Positions 42,132-54,024 of a stretch of DNA of 64,000 nt are shown piece after piece. The notes beneath the pieces were generated by a model. It did no database searches and had not been told where the DNA came from. It was given only the letters and a program-made list of their open reading frames with translations. Each line of letters opens with the position of its first letter. Positions within the stretch are counted from its first letter, which is position 1. Location: the NCBI GenBank assembly GCA_963773065.1, contig CAVYZN010000023.1, positions 115,493-179,492 on the forward strand, given 5' to 3'. Made by a program: the position numbers and the translations under genes. Source of the stretch: an uncultured Gammaproteobacteria bacterium (lineage in GTDB: Bacteria; Pseudomonadota; Gammaproteobacteria; UBA9214).

Positions 42132-44537
42132 CTAGCCCGCCTTGTGAAAGACCACCGCCTCCACCTCGGGATAACGCGCGACGAAATGCACCGTCATGCC
42201 TTCCCGGATAGGCTCCTGCAACTCCTCGAAATCCCCCCGGTTGGCCTCCGGCAGGATCAGTTCCCGCAGGCCGGTGCGTTTCGCCGCGATCACCTTTTCC
42301 TGGATGCCGCCGACCGGCAGCACGTCGCCGGTCAGGGTCAACTCCCCGGTCATCGCGAGCAGGCGCACCGGGCGCCGCCCGCGCGCCGTGGACAGGATCG
42401 CGGTGGCCATGGTGATGCCCGCGCTGGGACCATCCTTGGGCGTCGCCCCGGCGGGCACGTGCAGGTGGATGAAGGCGTTCTGGAAATAATCCGGCCTGAT
42501 GCCGAACTTCTCCGCGTTCGACAGGATATAGCTGTAGGCGATCTCGGCCGACTCGCGCATCACCTCGCCCAGTTGCCCGGTCAATTTCAGGCCGCGGCTG
42601 AAGCTATGGATGCGCGTCGCCTCCACCGTCAGCGTGGCCCCGCCCATGGCCGTCCACGCCAGTCCGGTGATCTTGCCCACCCCGCTGTTGCGCTTCTCCT
42701 TCTCGAAGATCACCTTGCCGAGGTAAGCCTCGACATCGGCGGCCCTGACCACGATCGGGGCCGGCTCCCCTTGCAGCAGCTTCACCACCGCCTTGCGGAC
42801 GATGGCGCCCAGGTATTTCTCCAGCCGGCGCACCCCGGCCTCGCGCGCATAGTCGTCGATGATCTTGCGCAGGGCGCCTTTCTCGATGCGCAACTGGCCG
42901 CGTTTCTTCAGACCCGCTTTCACCATCAGCTTCGGCAGCAGATGTTTCTCGGCGATCGCCAGCTTTTCATTGGCGAGATAGCCGGAGAGCTTGATGATCT
43001 CCGTGCGGTCCAGCAGCGGCGCCGGGATGGTGTCGAGCTGGTTGGCGGTGCAGATGAACAGCACCTTGGACAGATCGAAAGGAACGTCGAGGTAGTGGTC
43101 GAGAAAGTCCACGTTCTGTTCCGGATCCAGCACTTCGAGCAGCGCCGAGGCGGGATCGCCGTGGAAGGAGGCGCCGATCTTGTCGAGCTCGTCCAGCATG
43201 ATCACCGGGTTGGCCGAGCCGGTGCTCTTGATGGCCTGGATGAACTTGCCGGGCATGGCGCCGATGTAGGTGCGGCGGTGGCCCTTGATCTCCGCCTCGT
43301 CGCGCATGCCCCCGAGCGAGAAGCGAAAGAACTTGCGCCCCAGGGCGCGCGCGATGGAATGGCCGAGCGAGGTCTTGCCGACGCCCGGCGGGCCGACGAA
43401 CAGCAGAATGGAGCCTCCCACCGCGCCTTTCATGATGCCGACGGCGAGAAATTCCAGGATGCGCTCCTTGACGTCTTTCAAGCCCTCGTGGTCCTGGTCG
43501 AGGATGCGGCGGGCCTGCTCCAGGTCCAGCGCATCCGGGGTGTGCTTGCCCCATGGCAGTTGCGTCAGCCAGTCGAGGTAGTTGCGGGTGACGGCGTATT
43601 CGGGTGAACCCGTCTCCAGCAGGCCGAGTTTTTCCATCTCCTCGTTGAGCCGTTGCTGTACGGGTTCCGGCACGGTGAGCGCGGCGATGCGCTCGCGGAA
43701 CTTGTCGACTTCGGCGGTCTTGTCGTCCTTCGACAGCCCCAACTCTTTCTTGATCGCCTTCAACTGCTCGCGCAGGAAGAACTCCTTCTGGTGCGACTGG
43801 ATCTCCGCCTCGACATGCTGGCGGATCTTCATCTGCGCTTTGGCGACCTCCAGTTCCTTGTTGATCAACCGCAGCACCTTCTCCAGGCGCGAAAGGATGT
43901 GCGTGGTCTCCAGCACTTCCTGCAGTTCCTCCTTGCCGGCCGTGGTCAGGCTGGCGGCGAAATCCGCCAGGTGGGAGGGATCATTCGGGCTGAAGTGCTC
44001 CAGGAAGACCTTGAGTTCCTCGCCATAGAGGGGATTGAGCGGCACCAGTTCCTTGATGGTGTTGATGATGGCCACCGCATAGGCTTTGACCTCCTCGACA
44101 TGCTCGTACTGGGTCTCCGGGTAATAGCTGACCCGCACGCTGTACGGCGGCAGCTTCGAGGTCCACTGCTCGACCCGGAAGCGCTGCATGCCTTCCACCA
44201 GCACCTGCAGCTTGCCCTCGTCCTTCGTGACCCGGTGGATGCGGCAGGCCGTGCCCATGGTGTAGAAATCCTTGACCGTGGCCTCGTCCACGCGCTCCGG
44301 CCTGACCAGCAGCAGGCCGACGATGTCGTGGGGCGAGTCATGCACCGCCTTGATGGTCGCCTCCCAGGGATCGCTGTCCACCAGCAGCGGGGTCACCTGG
44401 CCGGGGAAGATGGGCCGGCTGCTCTGCGGCAGGATGTGGATGATGCCGGGAAGTACATCCCTGGCCCGGACGATCTCACCGGCAGGCGTCGCCTGCTCCG
44501 TTTCCTGGGACGGGTTATTGTCGTCTGCGGTTTCCAT
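42132..44537 (-). CDS. lon: Lon protease (endopeptidase La)
   Basis: [27 protein letters not shown], catalytic Lys in GIQEK. Confidence 0.96.
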   Translation of the reverse strand: METADDNNPSQETEQATPAGEIVRARDVLPGIIHILPQSSRPIFPGQVTPLLVDSDPWEATIKAVHDSPHDIVGLLLVRPERVDEATVKDFYTMGTACRIHRVTKDEGKLQVLVEGMQRFRVEQWTSKLPPYSVRVSYYPETQYEHVEEVKAYAVAIINTIKELVPLNPLYGEELKVFLEHFSPNDPSHLADFAASLTTAGKEELQEVLETTHILSRLEKVLRLINKELEVAKAQMKIRQHVEAEIQSHQKEFFLREQLKAIKKELGLSKDDKTAEVDKFRERIAALTVPEPVQQRLNEEMEKLGLLETGSPEYAVTRNYLDWLTQLPWGKHTPDALDLEQARRILDQDHEGLKDVKERILEFLAVGIMKGAVGGSILLFVGPPGVGKTSLGHSIARALGRKFFRFSLGGMRDEAEIKGHRRTYIGAMPGKFIQAIKSTGSANPVIMLDELDKIGASFHGDPASALLEVLDPEQNVDFLDHYLDVPFDLSKVLFICTANQLDTIPAPLLDRTEIIKLSGYLANEKLAIAEKHLLPKLMVKAGLKKRGQLRIEKGALRKIIDDYAREAGVRRLEKYLGAIVRKAVVKLLQGEPAPIVVRAADVEAYLGKVIFEKEKRNSGVGKITGLAWTAMGGATLTVEATRIHSFSRGLKLTGQLGEVMRESAEIAYSYILSNAEKFGIRPDYFQNAFIHLHVPAGATPKDGPSAGITMATAILSTARGRRPVRLLAMTGELTLTGDVLPVGGIQEKVIAAKRTGLRELILPEANRGDFEELQEPIREGMTVHFVARYPEVEAVVFHKAG

Positions 44538-44748
44538 CGTTGAATTTATCTCCTGTCCAGCCTTGCAGCCCGGGGGGAACAAGCGCATTGGCGACGTGAG
44601 GGAGGATACACCGCAACGGTGCCGACATCTGCAAAAAGGCGCGGGTCCATGATATACAGACCATTTCAAGCCCTGCTCCCGGGTTCCGAATTTTTCCCAT
44701 CCCCCAGCCAAAGAGGCGCGGCAAGGTATCACGGCCCTTCGTACAACC

Positions 44749-44774
44749 ATGGGGGTAAGGCGGCGAAATTCAAG
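44749..44774 (-). promoter_or_regulatory. Sigma32-type promoter for lon
   Basis: CTTGAA-N14-CCCCAT. Confidence 0.7.
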
Positions 44775-44823
44775 TGCTGCCGGGAATCTTGCGCCAGGGT
44801 ATACTGTCACAGTAGTTACTATC

Positions 44824-45185
44824 GGGGGCGACCTGGCTTCGACGCGGGTTGCGAAACCGGAGGTGCATGCCGAGGCGCAGAGGACCTCGTTAATCCAGCT
44901 GCAAAACTATAGTTGCCAACGACGACAACTACGCACTCGCCGCCTAAAACCCGGTAGGGTGCCGTCTGACTGGAGCCGTGCTTGTGCGTCCAGATTCCAG
45001 GCGTCGATTCTCACAGGATCGCGGTGAAGCTCTCCCGGGGCGGATCCGTTAAAACCTTACCGGGATCGCCACCTGTCTTCCCTGCCCGTCGGGTAGCAGG
45101 CGGTTAAATCAATAGACCGGCTATGCATGTAGTACCGATGGCGGAGTTCTCGCGGACGCGGGTTCGATTCCCGCCGCCTCCACCA
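44824..45185 (+). ncRNA. ssrA: tmRNA, tag peptide ANDDNYALAA
   Basis: GGGGGCG..TTCGAC 5' end, tag ORF 44915-44947, GGGTTCGATTCCC T-arm, CCACCA end. Confidence 0.98.
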
Positions 45186-45192
45186 ATACCCT

Positions 45193-45222
45193 AACCCCAA
45201 CCGTTTTCGGTTGGGGTTTTTT
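45193..45222 (+). terminator. Intrinsic terminator of ssrA
   Basis: AACCCCAACCG-TTTT-CGGTTGGGGTT plus T tract. Confidence 0.85.
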
Positions 45223-45299
45223 CTTGCCCGCTCGCGCCGGCTCCCGCGTATTGACGCGACGTTCCAGCGCAACCCAATAGCAGCATGCAGGCCCCCCAG

Positions 45300-48200
45300 T
45301 CATGCCACCCACTTCCGACCATGGCTCGCATAGTCCAGCATCATTTCGAAGACGTTATCGCATTTCTTTCTGAAGAGGATGCGGTCGTAGCTGTCGGGTA
45401 GATTTTTATCCAGAACCTCTTCGACGGCGGAGCGGACAATCTTCTGGCTTTGAGTATCCTTGTACCAGTCCTGCACCAACACCTTGGGGTGTTCCTCCAA
45501 TAAACGATGCAGCAGGGTCTTGGCCGCCAGCTTGACCTTTTCCGTTTCGGCCTGGGTCATCTTGTCCTTCTTGAGCAGGTCGAAGAGCTCCAGTTCATCT
45601 TCCGTCAGACCCTCGCGGATATGCCGCTCATCCTCGGCCTGCATGTCCCTGGCGAACTTCATCAGCTCTTCGAAGTAGTTTTCGGTTGCCGAACCGCCCG
45701 CATTGTAGGTGTCGATGATTTGTTGCAGACGCTGAGCGAAGTCGGTGCGAGTCGTGTTCTGCTGGAGCATCTGGTCCAGCTTGTGCTGAATGAATGCGCG
45801 CAGGTCGGCGATCTCGATGTTCTTGTAGACCGCCTGCTGGAAGTCCTCTTTCAGCTTGTCGAAGTTGATCTTGCTTAGGTCCCAGACCTTGCCCTGCTTG
45901 ATGATCCGGTACTCCGCCGCGTGCTCCCTGGCGGCGAATTTCTCGGCGTCGTCCACCACCACGCTCTCGTCCAGCAGCTCGCCGATGCGCAGGCTGACGG
46001 CATCCACGTCCACCTGCTCGATGATGCTGTCGATCACGCCGCGCAGGTACTGGAACACCGCCACCACACGGCCCTTGCCCTGTCCCAGCACCTCCGGCTT
46101 GCAGGCTTCATACAGCGAGGTGACGGTGTTCTCGTAGACGTTGAACGCCTTGCGCCATTCGTCGTTGCCCAGCAGGGTATCGGCGTAGTCGTTGAACCGG
46201 CCGATGTTCTTGAACACATCCGTCGCTGCCCAGCACTGCGTCGAGGTCGATGCCCCGTTCCCGGCAAAAAGCCATGCCCTGTTCGATGGCGTCATCCAGC
46301 AGCCTGAACAGCTCCTTCTTTTCCTTGCACCGGCGCGTCGTCCAGCCCATCCTGGCCCTGGGCGTAGTCCTTCAGCGCCTTCTTCATGTTACGGAAGACG
46401 TTGTAGTAATCGACGATCTCGCCGTTCGCCTTGGTCACTGCCGTTGATCTGGTGTGACGTCACCCGGTTGGCGCGCGCGATGGTCTGCATCAGCGTGTGA
46501 TCCTTCATCGGCTTGTCGAGATACAGGGTCGATACCGTCGGCGCGTCGAAGCCGGTCAGCCACATGGCGCAGACAAACACCAGTTGCAGCGGGTGATCCG
46601 GGTCCTTGAAGTTGTATTCGATATCGTGGCCGTGCTCGTCCAGCTGGTTCATGCGCTCGCGGTGCGGCTTGATGTCCAGCTTCTGGCCTTGGAACTTCTC
46701 CTCCTCGCCGGCCTCCTCGCTGACCACCACGGCCATTTCCACCGCGCGCATATAGTCGACGATCTTCTTCAGCCGCGCCTTCTCGATGTCGTTCTTCGAT
46801 TTGCCGATTCGCCCGACCAGCGTCCTTGATCTGCTGCCTTCCAGAGCCTGCACCTTGTCGTACATCTTCACGGCGGTGAACTTGTCCACCGCGATCACCA
46901 TGCCCTTGCCCAGGTAGCCGCGGCGCGGGAAGTGGTAGACGATATCGCGGGCGATGGTCTCCAGGCGGTCGTCGCGCTTGATGACCTCGATCTCCTGTGG
47001 CGAACTGCTTCTCCAGCTTCTCCTGCTGGGCCTCGTCCAGGTTCTCGTCTTCCAGGATTTCGTAGAACTCCTCGCTCAGGTCCTCGTTCTGGATCAGCAC
47101 CTCCGGCACCCGCTTCTCGTAGAACAGCGGCACGGTCGCGCCGTCGTCCATGGACTGCTGGAAGTTGTATTCCGCTGACGTAGTCGCCGAACCAGGCGTT
47201 AGTCTTGCGCTCGCGCCCCAGAGCGGCGTACCGGTGAAGGCCAGGTATTGCGCCTTGCGGCAGGCCCGCGCGCATGTTCTCGGCCAGGGACTGCGTACTG
47301 GGTGCGGTGGGCCTCGTCCACGATCACGACGATGTCGTCCCGGTCGGAGAGCAGCGGGTATTCCTTGCCCTTGTCGCCAGCGGAACTTCTGGATCAGGGT
47401 GAACACGATGCGCTTGTTTTCTGCCCGAGGAATTTGCGCATCTCCTCGCTGTCCTTGGGCTGGGCCGCCTCGTTCTTCTGCACCGTGCCGGTATTGAGGA
47501 AGTTGCGGTAGATCTGCCCGTCCAGGTCTTCGCGGTCGGTAACCACCACGAAGGTGAAGTTGCCCGTCAGCTTCCGGAAGATCTTGCGCGCATAGAAGAT
47601 CATCGAGAAGCTCTTGCCCGAGCCCTGGGTGTGCCAGAACACGCCCAGCCTGCCCTGCTTCTCCTGGCGCTGGAGGAACGCTCGATAGGCATTGTTCACG
47701 CCGATGAACTGGTGGTTCTGGGCGATGATCTTCTGGGTGTCCTTGTGGTAGAGGACGAAGTTCTCGACGTAATCCAGCAGCCGCAGCGGCGCGCACAGAC
47801 CCGCAACCGCCCGTTCCAGGCTGGTGCCCTCGCGCCGGATGGCGTCGCGGTCCACCTTCTCCTTCTCGTCCTCCACCCGCAGCCAGTTGAAGAAATGCTC
47901 CCACCCGGCGGTAATGCTCCCCACCTTGGTCTCGATGGCGTTGGAGAGCATGCAGAAGGCGTTGGTCAGGAAGAGCTGCGGGATGTCCTGCTTGTAGTTG
48001 GTGAGGTTGTCATCGAAGGCCGTCTTGAGCTTGACGTTGGAGTTCTTCAGCTCGATGAACACCAGCGGCAGGCCGTTGACGTAGAGCAGGACGTCCGGCC
48101 GGCGGTAATTGCGCTCGCCCTTGATCCAGAGCTGGGATACCGCCAGGAAGCGGTTGCCGTCGCGGGTCGTCGAAGTCGATCACCCGGACCCGCTCCTGCT

Positions 48201-48542
48201 CCTTCTTGCCTTGGGCGTTCTCGAACTCCACCGGGATACCGTCGCGGATCAGGCCATCCACCTCGCGGTTGGCGGCGATGGGCGACATGGCCTGGCGCTT
48301 TTCCGTCAGCCGGGCCAGCGCCTCGTCGATGGCCGTCTCCGGAATGTCCGGATTCAGCCGCAACGCCGCCTCCTTCAAGCGCTCGCCGAAAATCACGTCA
48401 CGCTTGTCGCTCCGGCCCGGAACCGTCGTTCGGGTCGTCCGCGTCCGCCGTGTAGCATTCGAGCACGTCGATAGCCGTGCAGATGCTGCAAGCGTTGCAG
48501 CAGCGCCTGTTCGATGTGGTCTTCGGAGATGAAGTTGGGCAT
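45300..48542 (-). CDS. hsdR: Type I restriction enzyme R subunit (multiple frameshifts)
   Basis: [49 protein letters not shown]. Confidence 0.92.
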
Positions 48543-48605
48543 GGTCAATCCACAGCCGTTGTGCTAATTTCTAGCCAGTCTGGACAGATTTCGAGAGAGG
48601 TTATC

Positions 48606-48860
48606 ATGCACCGCGAATGGCAATTGCAGGAAGCGAAAAACAACTTGAGCCAGCTCATCAAGCAGGCGACGGGCGGTAACGCCCAGGTGGTCACCGTGCA
48701 CGGCAAGCCAACGGCGGTGGTGATATCGGCGGAGGAATACGCCCGGCTCACCCGCCCGCGCCGGGGCAAACTCTCCGCCGCGCTGCTGCGCCCCGATATC
48801 GCGGGCGAGGACCTGGATTTTACCCGTGAGCGCGACACCGGCCGCGACGTGGAACTATGA
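48606..48860 (+). CDS. Phd/YefM family antitoxin
   Basis: WQLQEAKNNLSQLI, VTVHGKPTAVVIS. Confidence 0.9.
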   Translation: MHREWQLQEAKNNLSQLIKQATGGNAQVVTVHGKPTAVVISAEEYARLTRPRRGKLSAALLRPDIAGEDLDFTRERDTGRDVEL

Positions 48861-49279
48861 GCTGGCTGCTGGACACCTGCGCCCTGTCCGAATTCGTCAA
48901 GAAGGCCCCCGCGCCGGGGGTAATCGCCTGGCTGGACGAACAGGACGAAGCCAGCCTGTACCTCAGCGTTATCAGCCTGGGGGAGATCGAGAAGGTCATC
49001 GGCAAGCTCCGCGCCGTCGATCTGCGCCGCAGCCAGAAGCTTACCGCCTGGCTGGGCAAGGTAGAGCAACGCTTCGCCGGCCGCATCCTCCCCCTCGATG
49101 CCGCGGCCCTGCACGCCTGGGCGCGGCTCGCCGCCCAAGCCGAGCTGGCCGGGCACATTCTTTCGGTGATGGACGGCCTCATCATGGCCACCGCCCAACG
49201 CCACGGCCTCACCGTGGTCACCCGCAACGTGCAGGATTTCGCGCTTTTTCCCCCAGTGTTCAACCCCTGGGCCTTGTAA
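48857..49279 (+). CDS. VapC family PIN toxin
   Basis: LLDTCALSE, SVISLGEI, DGLIMATA, VTRNVQDF; ATGA overlap with the antitoxin. Confidence 0.92.
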   Translation: MSWLLDTCALSEFVKKAPAPGVIAWLDEQDEASLYLSVISLGEIEKVIGKLRAVDLRRSQKLTAWLGKVEQRFAGRILPLDAAALHAWARLAAQAELAGHILSVMDGLIMATAQRHGLTVVTRNVQDFALFPPVFNPWAL

Positions 49280-49298
49280 CCCCGCCGCCCCGAAGGTT

Positions 49299-50544
49299 TC
49301 AAATTTCATGGGCGGGCTCCTGCATGCCGGGCGGGAAGCGGATGTCGAGGTTTTCGACGGGGAGTTTGCCGGAGATCAGGCGGGGTAGTAGCGCATCTCG
49401 GCACGACTTCAAGTTTTCGGTCGCCTGCATGATCGCAGCAATTTGCATATCGATTTTTGAAGCCATGGCGTCGAACCTTACAACAAGACTTGGTTCTGGC
49501 TCAAAGATGGGAAACCTCGCCAATTCATCCTTACCAACCGAATTGAAAGATTGCAACCGTTGCCAATAATGTCTTCATCCGCGAAGGCTGTCTTGAGCAG
49601 GTAATACAAGTAGGAGTTCTTCTCGCTCTTCTGACTGACGGCTGCGAGGCCACGGCCAATAATCATTTCCCGATCTGCGATGTTCAGACGCCCCACCGGG
49701 GCACGTACGCTGAAGAGAATGTCACCCTTGTGGGCTCGCCTCCCTTCTTCGCTGCAATAGGTCACGGTGCGAGGAAAGCGCTCGCCGTAGGTGCCAACAC
49801 CTTGATGGAATCGGCAACCCATTCCCGGCCTCGTTGTAGAACTCTGAACTCGGGCTCTGGCCCATAGTGAATTTAGCGATGTTCCCCAAACTCGAAGTCC
49901 GCCACCCCTCCGGCACCCCCTTCTCGAACTTCGCCTGCTCATGTCCGGGAAAGCGCATTCGCACAAACCACTCGCGGTAGATTTCCTCGGCCATTTTTTC
50001 CAGCAGCGCGATGCGGCGCCGGTTGTTTTCGATCAGGTCGTCGTAGGCGGATAGGATGGCGGCGATTTTTTCCTGAACCGCAAAAGGTGGGATTCTGAAT
50101 CGCATGCTAAGCAGTTTCTCAAGGCTCAAGTTGTCTTGTGTCGTCCCTTGTGAAAGGGACTGCATTTTCTGCTTGTAGGTATCAAGGCAGTACTTAACGA
50201 ACTTTACATCCGAAATGCCTTTTTTCGGTATGAAGCCAATGATGCTATCCGGGAAGCAAGCGGAAATACCAAGGATCGCAGTGTCAGCAATGTTTGCGGC
50301 AATGGTGATGCACAACGTGCCCGGCTGCCAGAGCTTGCTTTGCGCCAAACCCTTTTCATTGTATGTCTGGGTGTAGCTGTTGAGATAGAAATTGGCGTGT
50401 TTCACATCACCCGTTTGAACAAACGGATATCTCCCTCCATACAAAACAGGGTCGTTTCGCGGCCGGTGTTTTGATTTCCCACGGCCAACAGTACCAATGT
50501 CCGTTCAGCTTCTTGAACTGCTCTTCGTAGTGGATCGAAGTCAT
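49299..50544 (-). CDS. hsdS: Type I RM specificity subunit (frameshifted)
   Basis: Two TRDs with spacer QEKIAAILSAYDDLIENN..VPEGW; RDALLPRLISG. Confidence 0.9.
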
Positions 50545-52614
50545 TCGTCACCCACGATCAGCGCTACGTTACGGGTAATCACCGCCTCCAACCCCCGCGC
50601 CCCATCATTCAGCCGGGTCAACTCGTCATTCATCGCCAGCAGCTCGGCGACAAATTCCTCTTCGGTCTTGCCGTCCTCCTCGATGACCACGCCGACGTAG
50701 CGTCCCGGATTAAGTGACCAGTCCTGCTCCTTCACCTCTTCGATGGTCGCCAGCTTGCACAGACCGGTGACGTCTTCGTATTCCGCCTTGGGGAAGCGCT
50801 CCTGCAGCCAGTGGATGTATTTGAAAAAGCTCTCGGCGTTTTTCACTTCCGTGTGTAAAGCCTCCAGGGCGGTCTTCAGGGCCTTGGTCTTTCTGTCCGG
50901 GGCGGTGCGCTTGCCTTCGTCCTTGGCTTGTTCGGCCTGCTGTTTTTCGTGGTAGCGGACGATCTTGTCCAGGCGCTTGAGGCCCTCGTGCAGCGCGGCG
51001 AAGAAGGGATCGAAGGCTTCGCGCAGGGCGTGCTGCGCGGTGTTTTTCTTGCCGAAGTTCGGTTCCCTGGCGTGCTTGTCCAGATAGGTCTGGTATTTGC
51101 CTTGCAGGTTTTTCAGGCCGGACCATTGCTTGAGCAGGTCTGCCACCGCCTGTCTGCCCGCCTGGTCGTCCAGCACATCCAGCAATTGCTCGGCGACCGG
51201 CTCGACCTGGGCCTGGTTCTCGGCCAGCCGCTCCATGCCCTGGGCGAAATAGCGGTCGATGAGTTGGACGAATTTTTCGCGGCAGCCCTTGTGTAGGTGG
51301 CTGATGACGGCGATGTTCTGGATCTGCTCCTCGCTGAACTCGCGGTGGGCGCGGTCGATCTGGGTGAAGATGTTGCGGGCGTCGATGAACAGGATGCGCT
51401 CGTCCTCCTTGTCCTGGTCGAAGAACCACAGGGTGGCGGGCAGGGTCACGGTATAGAACAGGTTCGACGGCAGGGTGAGCATGCCGTAGATCAGGTTGTT
51501 CTCGATGAGGGTGCGGCGGATGTCGGCCTCGGAGTGACGCGCATCCGAGGCCGAATTGGCCATGACCAGGGCGGCGCGGCCTTCTGGCTTGAGCGAGGTG
51601 GCGAACAGATTGATCCACAGGTAGTTGGCGTTGGGCACGGTTTCCTTGCCCTGCTCGCTTTTCTTGGCCTTGCTCTTGTTGCGCGGGATGCCATAGGTGT
51701 TGAAGCGCTTGTCCTTCTCCACGGTGCTGATGGGCACGTCGTCCACGTTGAAGGGCGGATTGGCCAGGACGTAGTCGAAGGCGCCGAAGCTGCCGAAGGG
51801 GTCTTCGGCGTAGGTGTTGGCCTGCCTGATCTCGCCGCGCAGGCCGTTGACCGCCAGGTTCATCTTGGCCAGCTTGACGGTTTCCAGGGTCTTTTCCTGG
51901 CCGCAGACGTAGATGCCGCCGTCGTCCCCATTGGCCAGTTCGTGGCGGTGCTGTGCGATGAAATGGGCGGACTGCACGAACATGCCGCCGGAGCCGCAGG
52001 CCGGATCGAACACCTTGCCGCGATGGGGCTCGATGATCTCCACCATCAGGCGCACCACGGAACGCGGGGTGAAGAATTCGCCCCCGCCCTGCCCTTCGGC
52101 CATGGCGAAGTTGCCGAGGAAATATTCGTAGATCTGCCCGAACATGTCGCCGCGCGGCGTTTTCCGGGATGTCGGCGAAGTTCTTGAGCAGTTGCTTGGG
52201 GATGCGTCTTGTCGGTGCGGGTGAGACGGAAGTACTCGTCCTGGGGCAGCACGCCCTGCAGCTCCGGTTTGTATTCCTCGATGGCCTTCATCGCCTCCTT
52301 GATGGCCTTGGCGATGTCCTTTTCTTCCGGCAGTTTCAGCAGGTAGTCGTAACGGGCGTGGTCCGGCAGATAGAAACCGCATTTCTCGATGGCGATTTCC
52401 GAGATCGGCTTCTCGCGGCGCGTGCCCTTGAGCCTGGTACTTCCTCCAGGATGGCTTTTTCGTGCTGGCGGTATTTGTTGTCGGCGAACTTGAGGAAGAT
52501 CAGGCCCAGCACGGGCGTGGAGTATTCGCTGGCCTTCAGGTCCGAATTGGCGCGCAGGGTATCGGCGCTGCGCCAGAGGTCGGCTTCGAGTTGTTTCAAT
52601 GCTGCTGGGGTCAT
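50541..52614 (-). CDS. hsdM: Type I RM N6-adenine methyltransferase (frameshifted)
   Basis: LWRSADTLRA, GEFFTP, DPACGSGG, NPPF, SLNPGRYV. Confidence 0.93.
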
Positions 52615-52846
52615 GTCTTGCTTGTCCGGGGGTTCCAATCGGGATTCCGAACACGGTGCCGCAAGCTGGTCATTCGACATCCCGGTCGGCCCGTCAGGGT
52701 AATCAATGTTTTGCGGGCAATTGTTGCGGATAGTATCTGGATTGCCATGGGATGTGTACTTTCAGGCATCGTGATCGGCCATTGCGCGGTATCATGATTA
52801 CCCTACACGCGCGAACAAGCACCCGACACACAAAGGAGGGCGTCCG

Positions 52847-53396
52847 ATGGAAACCACAGCCGATATAACAGGCACGCTCATCAAGGCGGTGGCATTTGCC
52901 GCCGAGAAGCACCGCAACCAGCGACGCAATGACGCCGCACGCGTCTCCCTACATCAACCACCCCATCGCGCTGGCCAACGTCTTGGCGAATGAAGGCGGC
53001 ATCGACGATCCGGCAGTCCTTTGCGCCGCCGTGCTGCACGACACCATCGAGGACACGGAAACCACGGCAGCCGAGCTGGAGAAGCTGTTCGGTCGAAAGG
53101 TAACCTCCATCGTCCTCGAGGTGACCGACGACAAGTCGCTGGAGAAGCACGTCCGCAAGCAACGCCAGATCGAGCACGCGCCGCACATCTCGCCGGAAGC
53201 CAAGCTGGTGAAGCTGGCCGACAAGATCTGCAATCTCCGGGACATCCTCGCGTCACCGCCGACGCACTGGTCAGCGGAGCACAAACAGGCCTATTTCGAC
53301 TGGGCGGCGCAGGTCGTCGCGGGCGTGCGAGGTGTCCACCCGAAGCTGGAAGCCGTGTTTGACGGCTTGCTTGCGCGCCATGCGGAACTTCGCTGA
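52847..53396 (+). CDS. Mesh1-like HD-domain small alarmone hydrolase (frameshift near 52935)
   Basis: FAAEKHRNQRR, PYINHP, LHDTIEDT, EVTDDK, VKLADKICNL. Confidence 0.88.
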
Positions 53397-53451
53397 GCAA
53401 ATAGATCGAGCCGGTGAACCCGACCGGTCCGATTGGGGCTGGTCCGGGCAA

Positions 53452-53809
53452 TCAGATCAACAACACCACCAGGAGCACGACCAGCACGATGGCGATGACT
53501 TGGTTGTTGCTCAAATTGCCGCCCGCGGGGAGGATATCGAGCTTCTGCGCCAACGCGTGGACTTCCTGATCTGTGAGCCCCGCCACCCGATCCTTGGCCA
53601 CCAGGTCATCGACGCCCATGGCCTGCAGCTTCTCCCGCGCGTCCGCGCGATCCAGAAAAGCCTGAACCCGGGCCCGGTCCTGGTCCGCCGCGCCATGATC
53701 GATGGCCTGATCGGTCGACACCATCGCCGCGCCCACCAGCGGCGGCAGTACGCACAACACGAGCCGCCGTCGCGATAACACCCCACAAGCGTTTCAGTCC
53801 ACTGTTCAT
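53452..53809 (-). CDS. PA2779-family small protein (5' end frameshifted)
   Basis: LQAMGVD..RVAGLTDQEV..LPAGG plus hydrophobic tail. Confidence 0.7.
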
Positions 53810-54024
53810 CGGGCCTCCTCTGGCCGTTGGTCGTGTACGGGATGGATAAAGCGAACGGAAGCATAAAACGCAGCGCCCGATTTGTGAAGTGCGCCACTGG
53901 TGACCCCTGTTTGACGGTTGCGATGTGGATTCCAGCGCGCAACGCGAGTCCGTCATCGCCGTACGCTCGGCGGCAGGTGTCGTGACGGTGTGATCACTGG
54001 TCGGGATATCGCCGGGGTAGCGGG

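Noticed and set aside
42099-43607. 502-aa plus-strand ORF
   Set aside because: Antisense shadow of lon
53606-54024. C-terminal extension of the 518-aa ankyrin ORF
   Set aside because: Likely frameshift read-through; a plausible end lies at 54025 in another frame, and the extension overlaps the PA2779-like gene
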